A stretch of DNA of 63,932 nt, counting the filler, from a bacterium (GTDB lineage: Bacteria > UBP15 > UBA6099 > JAJRTR01), in the NCBI GenBank assembly GCA_024278215.1. It is 4 parts of 4 records of this genome, joined end to end, with 100 filler letters (N's around TTAATTAATTAA, not from the genome) between each part and the next. Parts side by side here need not be neighbours in the genome. Positions count along the whole stretch, not along the records: positions 1 to 21,708 come from JAJRTR010000053.1; positions 21,809 to 41,401 come from JAJRTR010000054.1; 2 more parts are not named here. The stretch is one strand, 5' to 3'. The first letter of the stretch is position 1; each line of letters starts with the position of its first letter. The notes under the pieces were generated by a model, which did no database searches, was not told the DNA's origin, and worked only from the letters and a program-made list of their open reading frames with translations. Position numbers and translations under genes: made by a program. This document shows, piece after piece, positions 18,076 to 28,040 of this stretch.

Positions 18076-18655
18076 AATCGTACTCGACCCCGAGTCGCAT
18101 ATATACTATGTGGCCGGGGTCCGGGTGCCCGGCGTGACGAAGATTTTGCAAGACGCCGGCTTCGTCGATTATCGGTTCTGCCCGCAGGATGCGATTTCTC
18201 GGGGTCAATGGGTGCATTCCGTGATAGCGGAAATGGAAGCCGATATGTTCTCGGCGCGGGTCGATGGGCGAATAGATTGGGCGGGCTATATCGCTGCGTG
18301 GGAAGAATTTCGCGCAACGATCGATTACGGGCCCGGGGAAATAGAGATAGCGAGATATCGCGAGGACCTCGGATATTGCGGAACTCCTGACGTGGTATAT
18401 CCCGGCGCAGGCGTTGTAATAGATTACAAGACCGGCTCGCCGCGTCCTGCCGACGCTATCCAACTCGCAGGTTATGCCCTGCTCGTAGGCAATGCAGATA
18501 GGTCCGGCCGCGATTGGCGACGGGTCGGAGTTTATTTGCGCGCCGATGGAAGCTATCGCGCAGTAGAATATGACGACCGGTCTGATATCGACGTATTCAT
18601 TGCGTTGACGCGATGTGTTGCCTGGAAACGGGCTAACGGGATGTGGCATGGCTAA
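18050..18655 (+). CDS. PD-(D/E)XK exonuclease-like protein
   Basis: VPGVTKIL, RG.WVH, YCGTPD, IDYKTG and QLAGY motifs. Confidence 0.8.
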   Translation: MTERRELSEIVLDPESHIYYVAGVRVPGVTKILQDAGFVDYRFCPQDAISRGQWVHSVIAEMEADMFSARVDGRIDWAGYIAAWEEFRATIDYGPGEIEIARYREDLGYCGTPDVVYPGAGVVIDYKTGSPRPADAIQLAGYALLVGNADRSGRDWRRVGVYLRADGSYRAVEYDDRSDIDVFIALTRCVAWKRANGMWHG

Positions 18656-19574
18656 AATCTATTTCGAGGCGTGGGTGGCATGGGAGCGTACGGGGTCTGG
18701 ACACATCACGTTTCGCGTCAGAAAACAACATCTCGATTCATTACGTGAAGCATTGCGGCGGCTAAAAAAAACCGAAATGAAGCGCGGCCCGCTCCTACTC
18801 GAAAACCGCTTGGAAATACACCATCGGAAACGCAGCAATCCGCAGAATGCGCTCATGTGGGCATTGTTGGAGATTGTTGCGAACGAGCATAATGCCGGAC
18901 TGCCGACTGATGCGAGTATGCGCGACTCAGAATATTTCTACCGGCTGTTCCTGCAGCGGTATGCACCGCGCGAAAAAGCACACACAGGCGAGGAGATTAT
19001 TAAAACGTCGTCGCATTTCAACACGCTGGAAATGTCGGAATTCATCGAGCGCATTTTCGACGAGCTCGCAGTGATGGACATCGGCGTTACAAACCCAGTC
19101 GAGATAAGCAGTTATTGGGAACAGCATAAAACGCATATGCGCGACAAGAAAGTCATACTCAACGCAGATATCGAATTCACGCCGGCGCAGTACAAAGCGT
19201 CGGTCAAATTGTGCGAAGCTTGCGCGGCGCCGGTCTGGCACGAGGATATTGGATCGTCGCTCGCACATATCAAATCCGTCGGAATGGGTGGCGGTCGCGA
19301 GGCTACAGTGCGCGGCGACGAGGTAATGCATCTGTGCGACACCTGCCACGCTCTATTCGATAATGGCAAAGGGCGCGCGCACTTCCTTGGCAAATATCCG
19401 CATTTATGTTACAAGGTCAAGCAGGCGTTAGGAGAAGAAGATGGAAATACAGGCGAAGAGCGATTCCCCAAACATGACGATGCAGCCGAACGTCAAGATG
19501 AACCGGGGAGTAGAGGAGATGATGATTTCGGCGGTGGCCGAGTCGGAAGAGGAGCGGAACTTGAGCTTTTCTAA
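18648..19574 (+). CDS. NinB/Orf-like domain fused to HNH-like Zn-finger nuclease domain
   Basis: KRSNPQNALMW and TSSHFNTLEMSEFIE, then CEAC..AHIKSVGMGG..LCDTCH. Confidence 0.65.
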   Translation: MAKIYFEAWVAWERTGSGHITFRVRKQHLDSLREALRRLKKTEMKRGPLLLENRLEIHHRKRSNPQNALMWALLEIVANEHNAGLPTDASMRDSEYFYRLFLQRYAPREKAHTGEEIIKTSSHFNTLEMSEFIERIFDELAVMDIGVTNPVEISSYWEQHKTHMRDKKVILNADIEFTPAQYKASVKLCEACAAPVWHEDIGSSLAHIKSVGMGGGREATVRGDEVMHLCDTCHALFDNGKGRAHFLGKYPHLCYKVKQALGEEDGNTGEERFPKHDDAAERQDEPGSRGDDDFGGGRVGRGAELELF

Positions 19575-19737
19575 TTCGGAATGTCTCCTGCTGTATTATG
19601 GGCTCGAATCTCTCATACACAGATATGAAAACGCAATTGGGTCGCCGGTGTTTTCGCCGGAGACGAAACGAGAATGTATGCGTCGTATCGGCATTGCCCG
19701 TGAGGCGCAACAGAAATTGGAGGTGAACGATGTTTAA
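19561..19737 (+). CDS. Hypothetical protein
   Basis: TTG start after GAGGAG, inside ORF-track 19441-19737. Confidence 0.45.
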   Translation: MSFSNSECLLLYYGLESLIHRYENAIGSPVFSPETKRECMRRIGIAREAQQKLEVNDV

Positions 19738-19918
19738 TCCTAAGGCTTATGGGTTCGTGCAGGTGGGGAAAAAGGACGGATATAAAGTTCTGAAGGGCTC
19801 GAACTCGAAGTTGATCGTGCTTTACAGCCAGACTGCAGAAGTGGGGCAACAATTCCGGCAATATTTGCATCCTGACGGTGCAATACTGCTCATGCCCGTT
19901 ATGTCCGCTAAGGATTGA
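19730..19918 (+). CDS. Hypothetical protein
   Basis: RBS GGAGGTG; overlaps the upstream stop. Confidence 0.55.
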   Translation: MFNPKAYGFVQVGKKDGYKVLKGSNSKLIVLYSQTAEVGQQFRQYLHPDGAILLMPVMSAKD

Positions 19919-19943
19919 TTATTTAGCGAACGCATGCTACAAT
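19915..19943 (+). promoter_or_regulatory. Putative sigma70 promoter for replication genes
   Basis: TTGATT-17 bp-TACAAT with a TG extended -10. Confidence 0.5.
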
Positions 19944-20009
19944 ACGCGTGATATCACAAGGCGGGGGTCGGTTCCCCAAAGTCGCCCCCGCCGCTTATTT
20001 GGGGGAATC

Positions 20010-20837
20010 ATGACACATATTTTCGAGGTCGAAGACGCTAATCAATACGGCGTCGAAAAGGCCGTCATCATTTATCATCTGCGGCACTGGATCAGGCGTA
20101 ATTACGCAAACCAGCGAAACATCTATGACGGGCGGTGCTGGACCTATAATTCGGCCGAAGCATTGTGCGATTTATTCCCGTATTGGACGCGGCGGAAAAT
20201 AGCGCGCTTGTTACAAGACCTTGAGGCTGAAGGCGTGATCGTGAGCGGTAATTACAATGAGAAAAAGTACGACAGGACTAAATGGTATGCGTTCGCAAAT
20301 GTCCAAAGCATTGGACAAAACCTTCCAAAGCATTGGACAGATCTGACCAATGGAGTGGACGAAAGTGTCCAACCTATACCAGATTCTTTACCAAATAAAT
20401 TACCAGATAAAGAACCTCGGCATTTGTCGGATTTCAATACTCAATTCTGGCCTGCCTACCCTCGGAAGGTAAATAAAGGCGGTGCGCTAAAGGCTTTCGC
20501 AGCTCGCCACAAAGAAGGATTCAAAATCGAGCAAATCATGAAATGCCTTGAAGGCTACAAGATCAAACTCAAACAAGAGCGAACCGAAGAAAAATTCATC
20601 ATGCACGCCTCAACTTTCCTCAACGCCGAGCATCGGTTTCTGGATTTTGAGGACATCAAAAAGAAACCTGCTCATCCTGATGGTTTAGATGCGCTCGGCA
20701 GGCAGTGGAAGGGCGGGAAGATCGTCGCGTATTTCAATGGGTACAGATTCATAACCCCTAAAGAATACGAGCGGACGCGAGAGACGAAGACCGAAAAGAA
20801 TTACACCATCTCAGAAATACTATCCGGTAGAAGCTGA
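20010..20837 (+). CDS. Phage replication initiator
   Basis: YGVEKAVII..WTYNS..FPYW..YDRTKWY winged-helix N-terminus, FWPAYPRKV..HASTFLN C-terminus, internal iterons. Confidence 0.8.
   Translation: MTHIFEVEDANQYGVEKAVIIYHLRHWIRRNYANQRNIYDGRCWTYNSAEALCDLFPYWTRRKIARLLQDLEAEGVIVSGNYNEKKYDRTKWYAFANVQSIGQNLPKHWTDLTNGVDESVQPIPDSLPNKLPDKEPRHLSDFNTQFWPAYPRKVNKGGALKAFAARHKEGFKIEQIMKCLEGYKIKLKQERTEEKFIMHASTFLNAEHRFLDFEDIKKKPAHPDGLDALGRQWKGGKIVAYFNGYRFITPKEYERTRETKTEKNYTISEILSGRS
20302..20412 (+). repeat. Iterons, putative phage replication origin
   Basis: TCCAAAGCATTGGACA at 20302 and 20324, degenerate copies at 20346 and 20368 (22-bp period), then an AT-rich TTACCA(A/G)ATAAA repeat. Confidence 0.7.
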
Positions 20838-21178
20838 TGCGAGCAGGCAAGATCATAGGCGCACCACCCGCAGACAGGACCGCTCAATATCGCGAGGTTG
20901 TAAAGCGCGAAATTGATAGAGCCGAGAGATTATATAATTCCGGATTAAAAAAGGTATCTGCTGCGGTCCTTATGGCGATTGATGGCGGGGAATGTACGCA
21001 TTGCGGAACGTCGTGGAAAGAAATCAAAGTGGATAATTTGTTTGCGCTGTACTCGTATTTTTCTCCTGCTTGTAATTGCTATCCTAAATGCAAGCGCTGC
21101 GGGCATCTCATGGTCGAGGATGTCGAGGGCGGACTCTCGCCCGATATTTGTCCGAATTGCAAATGGAGGCTGAAATGA
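20837..21178 (+). CDS. Zinc-finger protein
   Basis: CTHC, CNC, CKRC and CPNC motifs. Confidence 0.6.
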   Translation: MRAGKIIGAPPADRTAQYREVVKREIDRAERLYNSGLKKVSAAVLMAIDGGECTHCGTSWKEIKVDNLFALYSYFSPACNCYPKCKRCGHLMVEDVEGGLSPDICPNCKWRLK

Positions 21179-21417
21179 TAGAGATCGTATCTTCTCGGTT
21201 CAATGCGCGCCCTCGTCCGCTCAGAAACGGGGACATGATCAAGCTTGAAATCGAAATCCCATTCACCGAGAGCGTCTGGGCGCAGATTGCCCCTCTCGCG
21301 CTGAAGCATGTCAAGGTGGCGCTCTGTGTTGCGTCGCAGGCTGAAGTTGAAGAAGCCGAGGGTTTGCAAATGCAGCTTGATGGAATTCCAACGGAAGCTG
21401 TAGCGGCTGTGGGGTGA
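21175..21417 (+). CDS. Hypothetical protein
   Basis: ATGA overlap, RBS GGAGG. Confidence 0.55.
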   Translation: MIEIVSSRFNARPRPLRNGDMIKLEIEIPFTESVWAQIAPLALKHVKVALCVASQAEVEEAEGLQMQLDGIPTEAVAAVG

Positions 21418-21418
21418 G

Positions 21419-21708
21419 ATGAAAAATATCAGGGTGATAGCTATCGATCCATCCTTGCGCTCAACCGGATATTACCGCAGCGATACCGACGAGTGCGGCG
21501 TGATTAAATGCAAAGGCTTGCCGAGCGAGGCGATACGCACGATCGGAGAGACACTCATGGCGATGATATCGGTCGCGCACCCTGATATCCTGCTGCTCGA
21601 ATCTCTAACATCATATATGTCGGCGAGAGTCACAGTTGCGCTCGCCCAGGTCCGAGGTGCAATCATATACGTCGCCGGAATTATGGCGGTGCCTGTCGTC
21701 GACGTGCC
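21419..21708 (+). CDS. ruvC: RuvC-like Holliday junction resolvase, truncated at contig end
   Basis: VIAIDPSLRSTG, PDILLLE and LAQVRGAI motifs. Confidence 0.75.
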
Positions 21709-21808
21709 NNNNNNNNNNNNNNNNNNNNNNNNNNNNNNNNNNNNNNNNNNNNTTAATTAATTAANNNNNNNNNNNNNNNNNNNNNNNNNNNNNNNNNNNN
21801 NNNNNNNN
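21709..21808. other. Artificial contig spacer
   Basis: N44-TTAATTAATTAA-N44, which has stops in all six frames. Confidence 0.97.
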
Positions 21809-22423
21809 AACAACAAATGAACGTTCCCGCCGCCGGCTGTTGTCGTGTATCGCCCAGGCCACAAGTTCTTTGCCCGTGCCGGTTTCGCCGGAGATGAGAA
21901 CAGTGCTGCTGGACAGTGCCAGTCTCTCGATAGCATCGAAAACCCTCTTCATCGGTTCACTTTTCGCGATTATATTAGAAAAATTATATTTTTTCTCCAC
22001 CTCGCGGCGCAACAATCTGTTCTGGAGCATGAGCCGTTGCGCGGAGACAGCTTTTTCAACCGCGCTTTCGATATCCTCAAGTTTAAAAGGTTTTTTCAGA
22101 TAATCCGAAGCGCCGCGCTTGAGAGCATTGATGGCATCGTCCATATCGGCAAACGCCGTTATCATAATCACAGCAGTTTCCTGGCTTGTCTCCTTCACCT
22201 GCTCGAGAATTTCCATCCCGTCCATTCCGCCCGGCATTTTTATATCAGTAATTACTATCTCGAATATATTTTCATTAAAAAGTTTCAGGCCGGTCGGGCC
22301 GTCTTTTGCCGTCTTCACTTCATAGCCGAGCGATGCCAGATGTTCCGACACAAGCATCCGTATGTTCTCTTTATCATCTATGACCAGAATTCTTGTATTC
22401 ATTGGACGCTCCCTGATGTTCAT
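21809..22423 (-). CDS. NtrC-family sigma54-dependent response regulator, 3'-truncated
   Basis: Receiver domain (ILVIDD, TDIKMP, KP) and Walker A GETGTGKE. Confidence 0.9.
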
Positions 22424-22509
22424 GTCTCAATCTCGATACTGATGTCCCGCGTCTATCTCCTGCACATGTGAATACATTAGAAGGTTTTTCTACGTTCAGC
22501 CGCCGCCTT

Positions 22510-24360
22510 TCAGGCACCGTCACCGCCTGCGTCGCGAGGAAGTGTGAAAGAAAAACACGCCCCCCTGAGAGAATCCTCGACAACCATTTTTCCGCCATGT
22601 TTTTCGATTATCCTGTAGCATATTGAAAGGCCGAGTCCCGTGCCGACCCCCGGCGGTTTTGTTGTAAAGAACGGATCGAAAATCCGGCGGCGCGTACTCG
22701 CTGGAATCCCCGGTCCCGTGTCCCTGACTTTTATCTTCACATGATCCGCGAGGACCACTCCTTCAACAATGATTCTTCCGCCGTTTTCCATCGCCTGCGC
22801 GGCATTCATCAGCAGGTTGAGAAAGACCTGCATGATCTCTTTGTGGAAGCAGGGAACTTCCGGGAAGTTATCGGGAAAAACCACCTGCAGATTCACTTTC
22901 CGAAAAGCTTTGTGTGCGGAAACCGTTTTATGTGCGGCATAGAGCAGCTTGACGATATCCGCCGGTTCGGGAACCGTGGATTCCTGTTTCGATGGCCTGG
23001 AGAAGTGGAGAAGGTCCTGGATTATTTTCTCGATAAACTCAGCTTCTCTTTCTATCTGCTTTGCAAATTCGCGGTCCTTTTCCTCAAGCGACGGCCTTCT
23101 CTGAAGCATCTGCGCATAGCCTGAAATAGCACTGAGCGGATTGCCTATTTCATGCGCGACACCCGCCGCCAACTCACCCACCGCCGCCAGCCGGCCCGAC
23201 TGTATAAGCTGGTCCTGATTCACCCGCAACCTGCGTGTGGCTTCCTTCAGGTTCCGCTCCCTTTCCTTGAGAGCGTCCGACATCTCGTTGAAAGCGCCGG
23301 CAAGTTCGCCAATTTCATCCTTCTGCTTAATGAATATTTTCACGTCGTAATTGCCGTCGGCAATATTACCGGCGCTTTCCGTCAACCTGCGCATCGGCAT
23401 GAATATTCTTCTGGCCGTATACACGCCGACTCCCAGCGCCATCAGGACAGCGACAACCGCGATTGCGATTGCGAAAAAAATTCCTTCACGCCACATCGCT
23501 TCCATGTCGGCCATATTCCTGCCGATCACTTGAAGGCCCACCGACCGCCCCGCGGCATCTTCGACAAGGCTCGAAACCATAGCGTAGGGTTCGCCGCCCA
23601 GCGACTGGCGGCTAATAGTGTCGTCGGCACCCTTGTGGCCTCCGGCTTCCGTCATTGATATCATGTCGGACAGTTGCCTGACTTCTTCCGGGGACAGACT
23701 GTCGGAAGATATGGAACTCGACAGCACACGTTTGCGCCGCAGGAGAATGTAGTCTGTGCCTGACGTTCCTCTTATCTCGCGTGCGAAATCGTTGTCGAGC
23801 ATATAGCCCGCACTCACATATCCCACTAACCGCCGGTCACTGCCCGGTCCGGTGTACACCCGGGCATAAGAATCCACACACACAACATCCGGCAGGCACA
23901 GCTCGACACCTGTCGATGCAAGGCCGGCAACCGCATTTTTAAAAAGAGGATTCAGGAACACCGGCTCGCCGCTTCTGATCCTGCGGCTTTCCACATCCTG
24001 CGCCGTTTCAAGCCGGCTGATTATTACTCCATCCTTATCTATTACGGAAAGGATGTCGATATTCATGCGGCCCCTGTGTTCTCTCAACACCGAAAGAAGC
24101 GAAAGAGAACCACCGGAGATAATCGATTCGCCGATCTGCGGGTTGGCTGCCAGCAGCCGCGCTATCAGCTCTGCCCGTCCAGCTCGTTCCGACACCGCTT
24201 TCCTGATACCCTCCCTGCCGTAGGCGATCTCCTGTGTTATCTCGTCGTCCAGACTGCTGCGGAAAATAAATGTGTATGCAGCCATGCAGCAGCCGACTGT
24301 CACGGCCACTATCAGTATGACCATGAGGATTATCCTGTTTTCAAGTCTACTGCGTCTCAA
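22510..24360 (-). CDS. Sensor histidine kinase (Cache-like periplasmic domain, HAMP, HisKA, HATPase)
   Basis: Two TM helices; [20 protein letters not shown] and GTGLGL boxes. Confidence 0.92.
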   Translation of the reverse strand: MRRSRLENRIILMVILIVAVTVGCCMAAYTFIFRSSLDDEITQEIAYGREGIRKAVSERAGRAELIARLLAANPQIGESIISGGSLSLLSVLREHRGRMNIDILSVIDKDGVIISRLETAQDVESRRIRSGEPVFLNPLFKNAVAGLASTGVELCLPDVVCVDSYARVYTGPGSDRRLVGYVSAGYMLDNDFAREIRGTSGTDYILLRRKRVLSSSISSDSLSPEEVRQLSDMISMTEAGGHKGADDTISRQSLGGEPYAMVSSLVEDAAGRSVGLQVIGRNMADMEAMWREGIFFAIAIAVVAVLMALGVGVYTARRIFMPMRRLTESAGNIADGNYDVKIFIKQKDEIGELAGAFNEMSDALKERERNLKEATRRLRVNQDQLIQSGRLAAVGELAAGVAHEIGNPLSAISGYAQMLQRRPSLEEKDREFAKQIEREAEFIEKIIQDLLHFSRPSKQESTVPEPADIVKLLYAAHKTVSAHKAFRKVNLQVVFPDNFPEVPCFHKEIMQVFLNLLMNAAQAMENGGRIIVEGVVLADHVKIKVRDTGPGIPASTRRRIFDPFFTTKPPGVGTGLGLSICYRIIEKHGGKMVVEDSLRGACFSFTLPRDAGGDGA

Positions 24361-25000
24361 TCCCCGCAGGCTCTCCTTCCGATTTTTCTGGATAATACGA
24401 CTTCTTAAACCAGTTCATGAACAGTTGCTGATAGGCACCTGTTTCATAAATATGGGTTAAGACCAGATTAAACACATCCGCAAACACAGGATCGTCTTCA
24501 ACCTTCAGGCAAAGCCATCCTGTCTCCGAGCTGTAGAAATAGGGGGTGGAAAAGAAAGAAGCTGTATCCGCGCCGCAAACCGCGGGACCGCTGATCATAG
24601 ACTCCCGGTCCGAGCCGACCACATTCAGTTTCGCGCCAAGGAAATATGCGAACTGGCGCAACAGGTCCACCTCGAACCCCCTCGGGATTCCATACTTATT
24701 TTTCGAGCACATAAGCGGCCTGTCGCAATCGAGAGATACGACCAGTAAGCCGGTTTCCCTGATTTTCGAAAGTATGGCCGAATCACCAGCCGCCTCGACA
24801 ATATACATGCCGGGAATGCTGAAGGCGGCGTCGGGAAAGATCGGTTCCGACGGCGTCCCTTTTTTCGGCGCTATGCTTTCTTTTCCCATGTCGCATCCGG
24901 GAACAAAAACAAGCATAACAAAAACAACGATAACTAAAATAAAAGCAGTATAAAATGTGCTTCCAACAATTAATTCCGATGTGTTTTTATATGTGCTCAT
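24347..25000 (-). CDS. Exported protein with family-3 solute-binding-like domain
   Basis: N-terminal hydrophobic helix and PGC; KIRETG.L, GFEVDL and GAYQQLFMNWF. Confidence 0.55.
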   Translation of the reverse strand: MSTYKNTSELIVGSTFYTAFILVIVVFVMLVFVPGCDMGKESIAPKKGTPSEPIFPDAAFSIPGMYIVEAAGDSAILSKIRETGLLVVSLDCDRPLMCSKNKYGIPRGFEVDLLRQFAYFLGAKLNVVGSDRESMISGPAVCGADTASFFSTPYFYSSETGWLCLKVEDDPVFADVFNLVLTHIYETGAYQQLFMNWFKKSYYPEKSEGEPAGIETQ

Positions 25001-25048
25001 ATCGGCCTTTTTTGCAGCGATAGACCGCCGGCGCGGCTGAAACCTGTA

Positions 25049-26212
25049 TCAGGGCTTATACCCGGACAACAATTGATTGAATTCGGCAGTGTGCCTGATA
25101 GACGCGAAGTCCGTGTCGCTGCCTGCAAGGCGGTAAAATGTTTCTGCGTCGAGTTCGAGGCAACGTCTGAGAGAAAATAAAGCGTCCTGCGCATTGCCTG
25201 TCAGGGCCTGAACACTTGCAAGAGAATACCACACGGACGGCATGAACGGAGCTATCTCCAGCGCAGCTTTATAGTTGTGAATAACCTTGTCCAGGTCGCC
25301 GAGATCAGTATATATGGTGCCGAGGTAGATGTAGGCTTCGAGAAAACCAGGCTTTATAGCGACAGTCTTTTCGAGCTGTTCCGCTGCCCGGTCATACTCG
25401 CCCATCAGGCGATATGCCAGACCAAGCTGGTATCGGGCTCCGGGGTCATCCGGATGCTCTTTTATTATTGCCGTCAGGTACTTTGTCGCAAGTTGAAAGT
25501 TGAACTGCCTCGTTACAAAGAACTTGCCGAGGAAATAATTCAGGTCTCGAAACGCATTCTCATGAAGCGCACTCCTGAGCGTATTGAGTCCGGCCTCGAT
25601 CCTGTCGTTTCGCAGCAGGCTTACACCCTCTCCGAAAAGATAGAAGACATGCCAGTCTGCGGCAAGTTCGCGTCCGTCCCAGAAGTTGGCGTCCAGCCTT
25701 AGAGGGAGTCTTTCGACAAGTTCGGAGAATACGTCCTTCTGAAAATCAGTCACACTTTCCGCATCAGTGCGCAGTTCAAAAACAGCACTTCGTACAGTGC
25801 CGTCCAGCGGCATATAGTTGACACGGAAACGCGAAGCGATCTTATCTCCGGAAATCCTGCGATGGCGCGCTACTATGATAATATCCGCGTTTGTTCTCCC
25901 GGCGAGAAGGCGGCTCTTGTCTTTGTCACCCTTCCAGAGCAGTTCGAGGTCACCACCGGAAACAAACATTTCCGTCTCGAACTCATGCACGAGACTTACG
26001 TCCGGCATGTATTCGAAATTGAACGCGGTAACATTATCCGTCGCAAGTGACAGCCATACATCCTGCTGATCAAGCCCCTCGACGTATGACAGGTAAACAA
26101 TAGTGTGATGTTCATGCCATTCACATTCAGCACGAGAACCCAGCAGTGCGGTGAGGATAACAATTGTCAGGATAACCCTTTTTAATGAGGCCGACACTTC
26201 GCAATTTTCCAC
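25049..26212 (-). CDS. Exported tetratricopeptide-repeat protein
   Basis: Signal peptide, several TPRs, and a C-terminal YSLASVQA..DTDFASIR motif. Confidence 0.8.
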   Translation of the reverse strand: MENCEVSASLKRVILTIVILTALLGSRAECEWHEHHTIVYLSYVEGLDQQDVWLSLATDNVTAFNFEYMPDVSLVHEFETEMFVSGGDLELLWKGDKDKSRLLAGRTNADIIIVARHRRISGDKIASRFRVNYMPLDGTVRSAVFELRTDAESVTDFQKDVFSELVERLPLRLDANFWDGRELAADWHVFYLFGEGVSLLRNDRIEAGLNTLRSALHENAFRDLNYFLGKFFVTRQFNFQLATKYLTAIIKEHPDDPGARYQLGLAYRLMGEYDRAAEQLEKTVAIKPGFLEAYIYLGTIYTDLGDLDKVIHNYKAALEIAPFMPSVWYSLASVQALTGNAQDALFSLRRCLELDAETFYRLAGSDTDFASIRHTAEFNQLLSGYKP

Positions 26213-26315
26213 ATGGTATTTTCCCTATGAAACCTGATTAAATTATGCCCTCCGAAACCTTAAAAAGCAAGGTCTTTCAATACGTAATAAAAAGCACCAT
26301 GGCTTTTCGGGAACC

Positions 26316-28040
26316 TCATTTAAAAATCATGATAACGGGAATTCCAGCCTTTTCCAATTTCTTTATCTGATTATAAATTTCGTATTCGCGTCTTATCGAG
26401 CACACAATGACGGCATCGGGATGTAAAGTGGGAATCACATTCATCTGTATTACCTTGTGTCCCAGGAAATCACGGCCCTGTTTCTTGAGGTCGCCGTCGG
26501 CCACTCCAAGTATTTCTATGCCTTCGTCCATAAGAATTTTCATTACCACTCGTCCGAAATCACAGGCACCATAGCAGACAACACTGTAGATATTTCTCAC
26601 AGCCTTTATTTCCTTGACCCACGGGACCATCCGATCTTTATATTCTTCGTAAAGATTATCAAGCTTTGCCGCCAGGATTTTTTGTTCGTATTCTCTCATA
26701 AGATCATAGAGGGTCTCTTTATCCATGGCTCTGTTGAGATAGATGCCGTTATTTTTTTCACGCATCTCCAGCCATTCATCCAGTGATAGAAGATTATAGT
26801 TTCCTCCTCCGGTCCAGGTGTAATGACTCAGCTTGCTCCATTCCATATCATGTGAAACAATTCCCGCTGAAAGGGCAGCGTCCCATAGCTTTGTTCCAGG
26901 CAGAGGACACATAATATTGCACAGCGCTTCGGCAATCTTACCCTCGGCTATATGCTCGTAGATAAAGTCGAATGTCTCGCGTGCTTCGGCCTCCGTCTCT
27001 CCAGGCGACCCGACTATATAAGTAGTGTGGACTACTATTCCATGCCTGTGCAGAGTATCCACGGCCTCCCGACAGCGGTCAACGGTCAATGTCGAACACT
27101 TCAGTTCTGTCAGCACTCTCTGATTCGCCGATTCAAGACCAAAGCTGACCTGTCTTATGCCGCCTTTTTTCAGGAGTTCGCAAAATTCATCGTCAATATA
27201 ATCCGCCCTGACGTTGCAGATGAAACTTCGCTCCGTTGCCCATCCTTTTCTATGTATCTCCTCGACTATTTTCCTGAAACGTTTTCTGTCGGCGATAAAC
27301 AAGTCGTCGCTGAAAGATATTATCCGCGATTCAGGGAATTTATTTATAATATGGGCAAGTTCATCAATAACGTAATCCGCCGAGAAAAACCTTGCATGTC
27401 CCCAGAACTTCGATGAAGAACAGAAAATACAACGATATGGACATCCGCGCGAAGTAAAGAGATAAATAGACTGCCAGCTCTTTTTCGTTGTTTCACGATC
27501 CGGAAAAGGGAGTATATCCAGAGTTTTAAAAGGTTGCCTTGGAGTTGTCAGGCTTAGCTCTCCTCCTTTGCGCCTGAACACTATTCCGGGAATTCTCTCG
27601 AGGTCAGCCTCTTCGAGCGTTCCCGTTTTATTAAATGCATCGAGGAGTTCAAGGAATGTTTGTTCGCCTTCACCGATGACGCCGATGTCCATAGACGGCG
27701 CAAGCGTGTACGGAAGCAGGCTTATGTGAAATCCACCTATGACGACAGGCACTCCTGTTTTGCGTTTCACCGTGTCCGCAATATTTATAGCTGCACCGAA
27801 GTTCTGTGACACACACGATAAACCTGCAATATCATAGCTGCATTCCCAGAGCAGTTGCGGGTCATCGATTATCTCGATATCATAACAGTTCCGATGTTGT
27901 TCAACGTATGATTTCAGGTATCCCGGGCCGACCGGCATCAGTTGATCGAGGTCTTCACGTCCCACAACATTTAAAAGCGCAATTTTCATTTTGTTGTCCA
28001 GCGGATTTCGAGAACTGCGCAATTCAATAATCGAACGCAA
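26316..28040 (-). CDS. B12-binding radical SAM protein with C-terminal Rossmann-like domain
   Basis: GGFH and GEGE B12 domain, TSRGCPYRCIFC, C-terminal CYGA..G..D..KQG. Likely start 27989 (MKIALL). Confidence 0.9.
   Translation of the reverse strand: MRSIIELRSSRNPLDNKMKIALLNVVGREDLDQLMPVGPGYLKSYVEQHRNCYDIEIIDDPQLLWECSYDIAGLSCVSQNFGAAINIADTVKRKTGVPVVIGGFHISLLPYTLAPSMDIGVIGEGEQTFLELLDAFNKTGTLEEADLERIPGIVFRRKGGELSLTTPRQPFKTLDILPFPDRETTKKSWQSIYLFTSRGCPYRCIFCSSSKFWGHARFFSADYVIDELAHIINKFPESRIISFSDDLFIADRKRFRKIVEEIHRKGWATERSFICNVRADYIDDEFCELLKKGGIRQVSFGLESANQRVLTELKCSTLTVDRCREAVDTLHRHGIVVHTTYIVGSPGETEAEARETFDFIYEHIAEGKIAEALCNIMCPLPGTKLWDAALSAGIVSHDMEWSKLSHYTWTGGGNYNLLSLDEWLEMREKNNGIYLNRAMDKETLYDLMREYEQKILAAKLDNLYEEYKDRMVPWVKEIKAVRNIYSVVCYGACDFGRVVMKILMDEGIEILGVADGDLKKQGRDFLGHKVIQMNVIPTLHPDAVIVCSIRREYEIYNQIKKLEKAGIPVIMIFK

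Noticed and set aside
20302-20385. Mini CRISPR array
   Set aside because: The 22-bp period leaves no spacers, it lies inside a coding region, and no cas genes are present; better explained as iterons.
21709-21808. TTAATTAATTAA palindrome between N runs (also at 41402 and 60878) as a biological repeat or att site
   Set aside because: Identical 100-bp spacer each time, with genes truncated on either side; it is an assembly linker.
24445-24460. Resemblance to the family-B palindrome (TTTCATAAATATGGGTT)
   Set aside because: Short, degenerate and inside an intact reading frame; likely chance.
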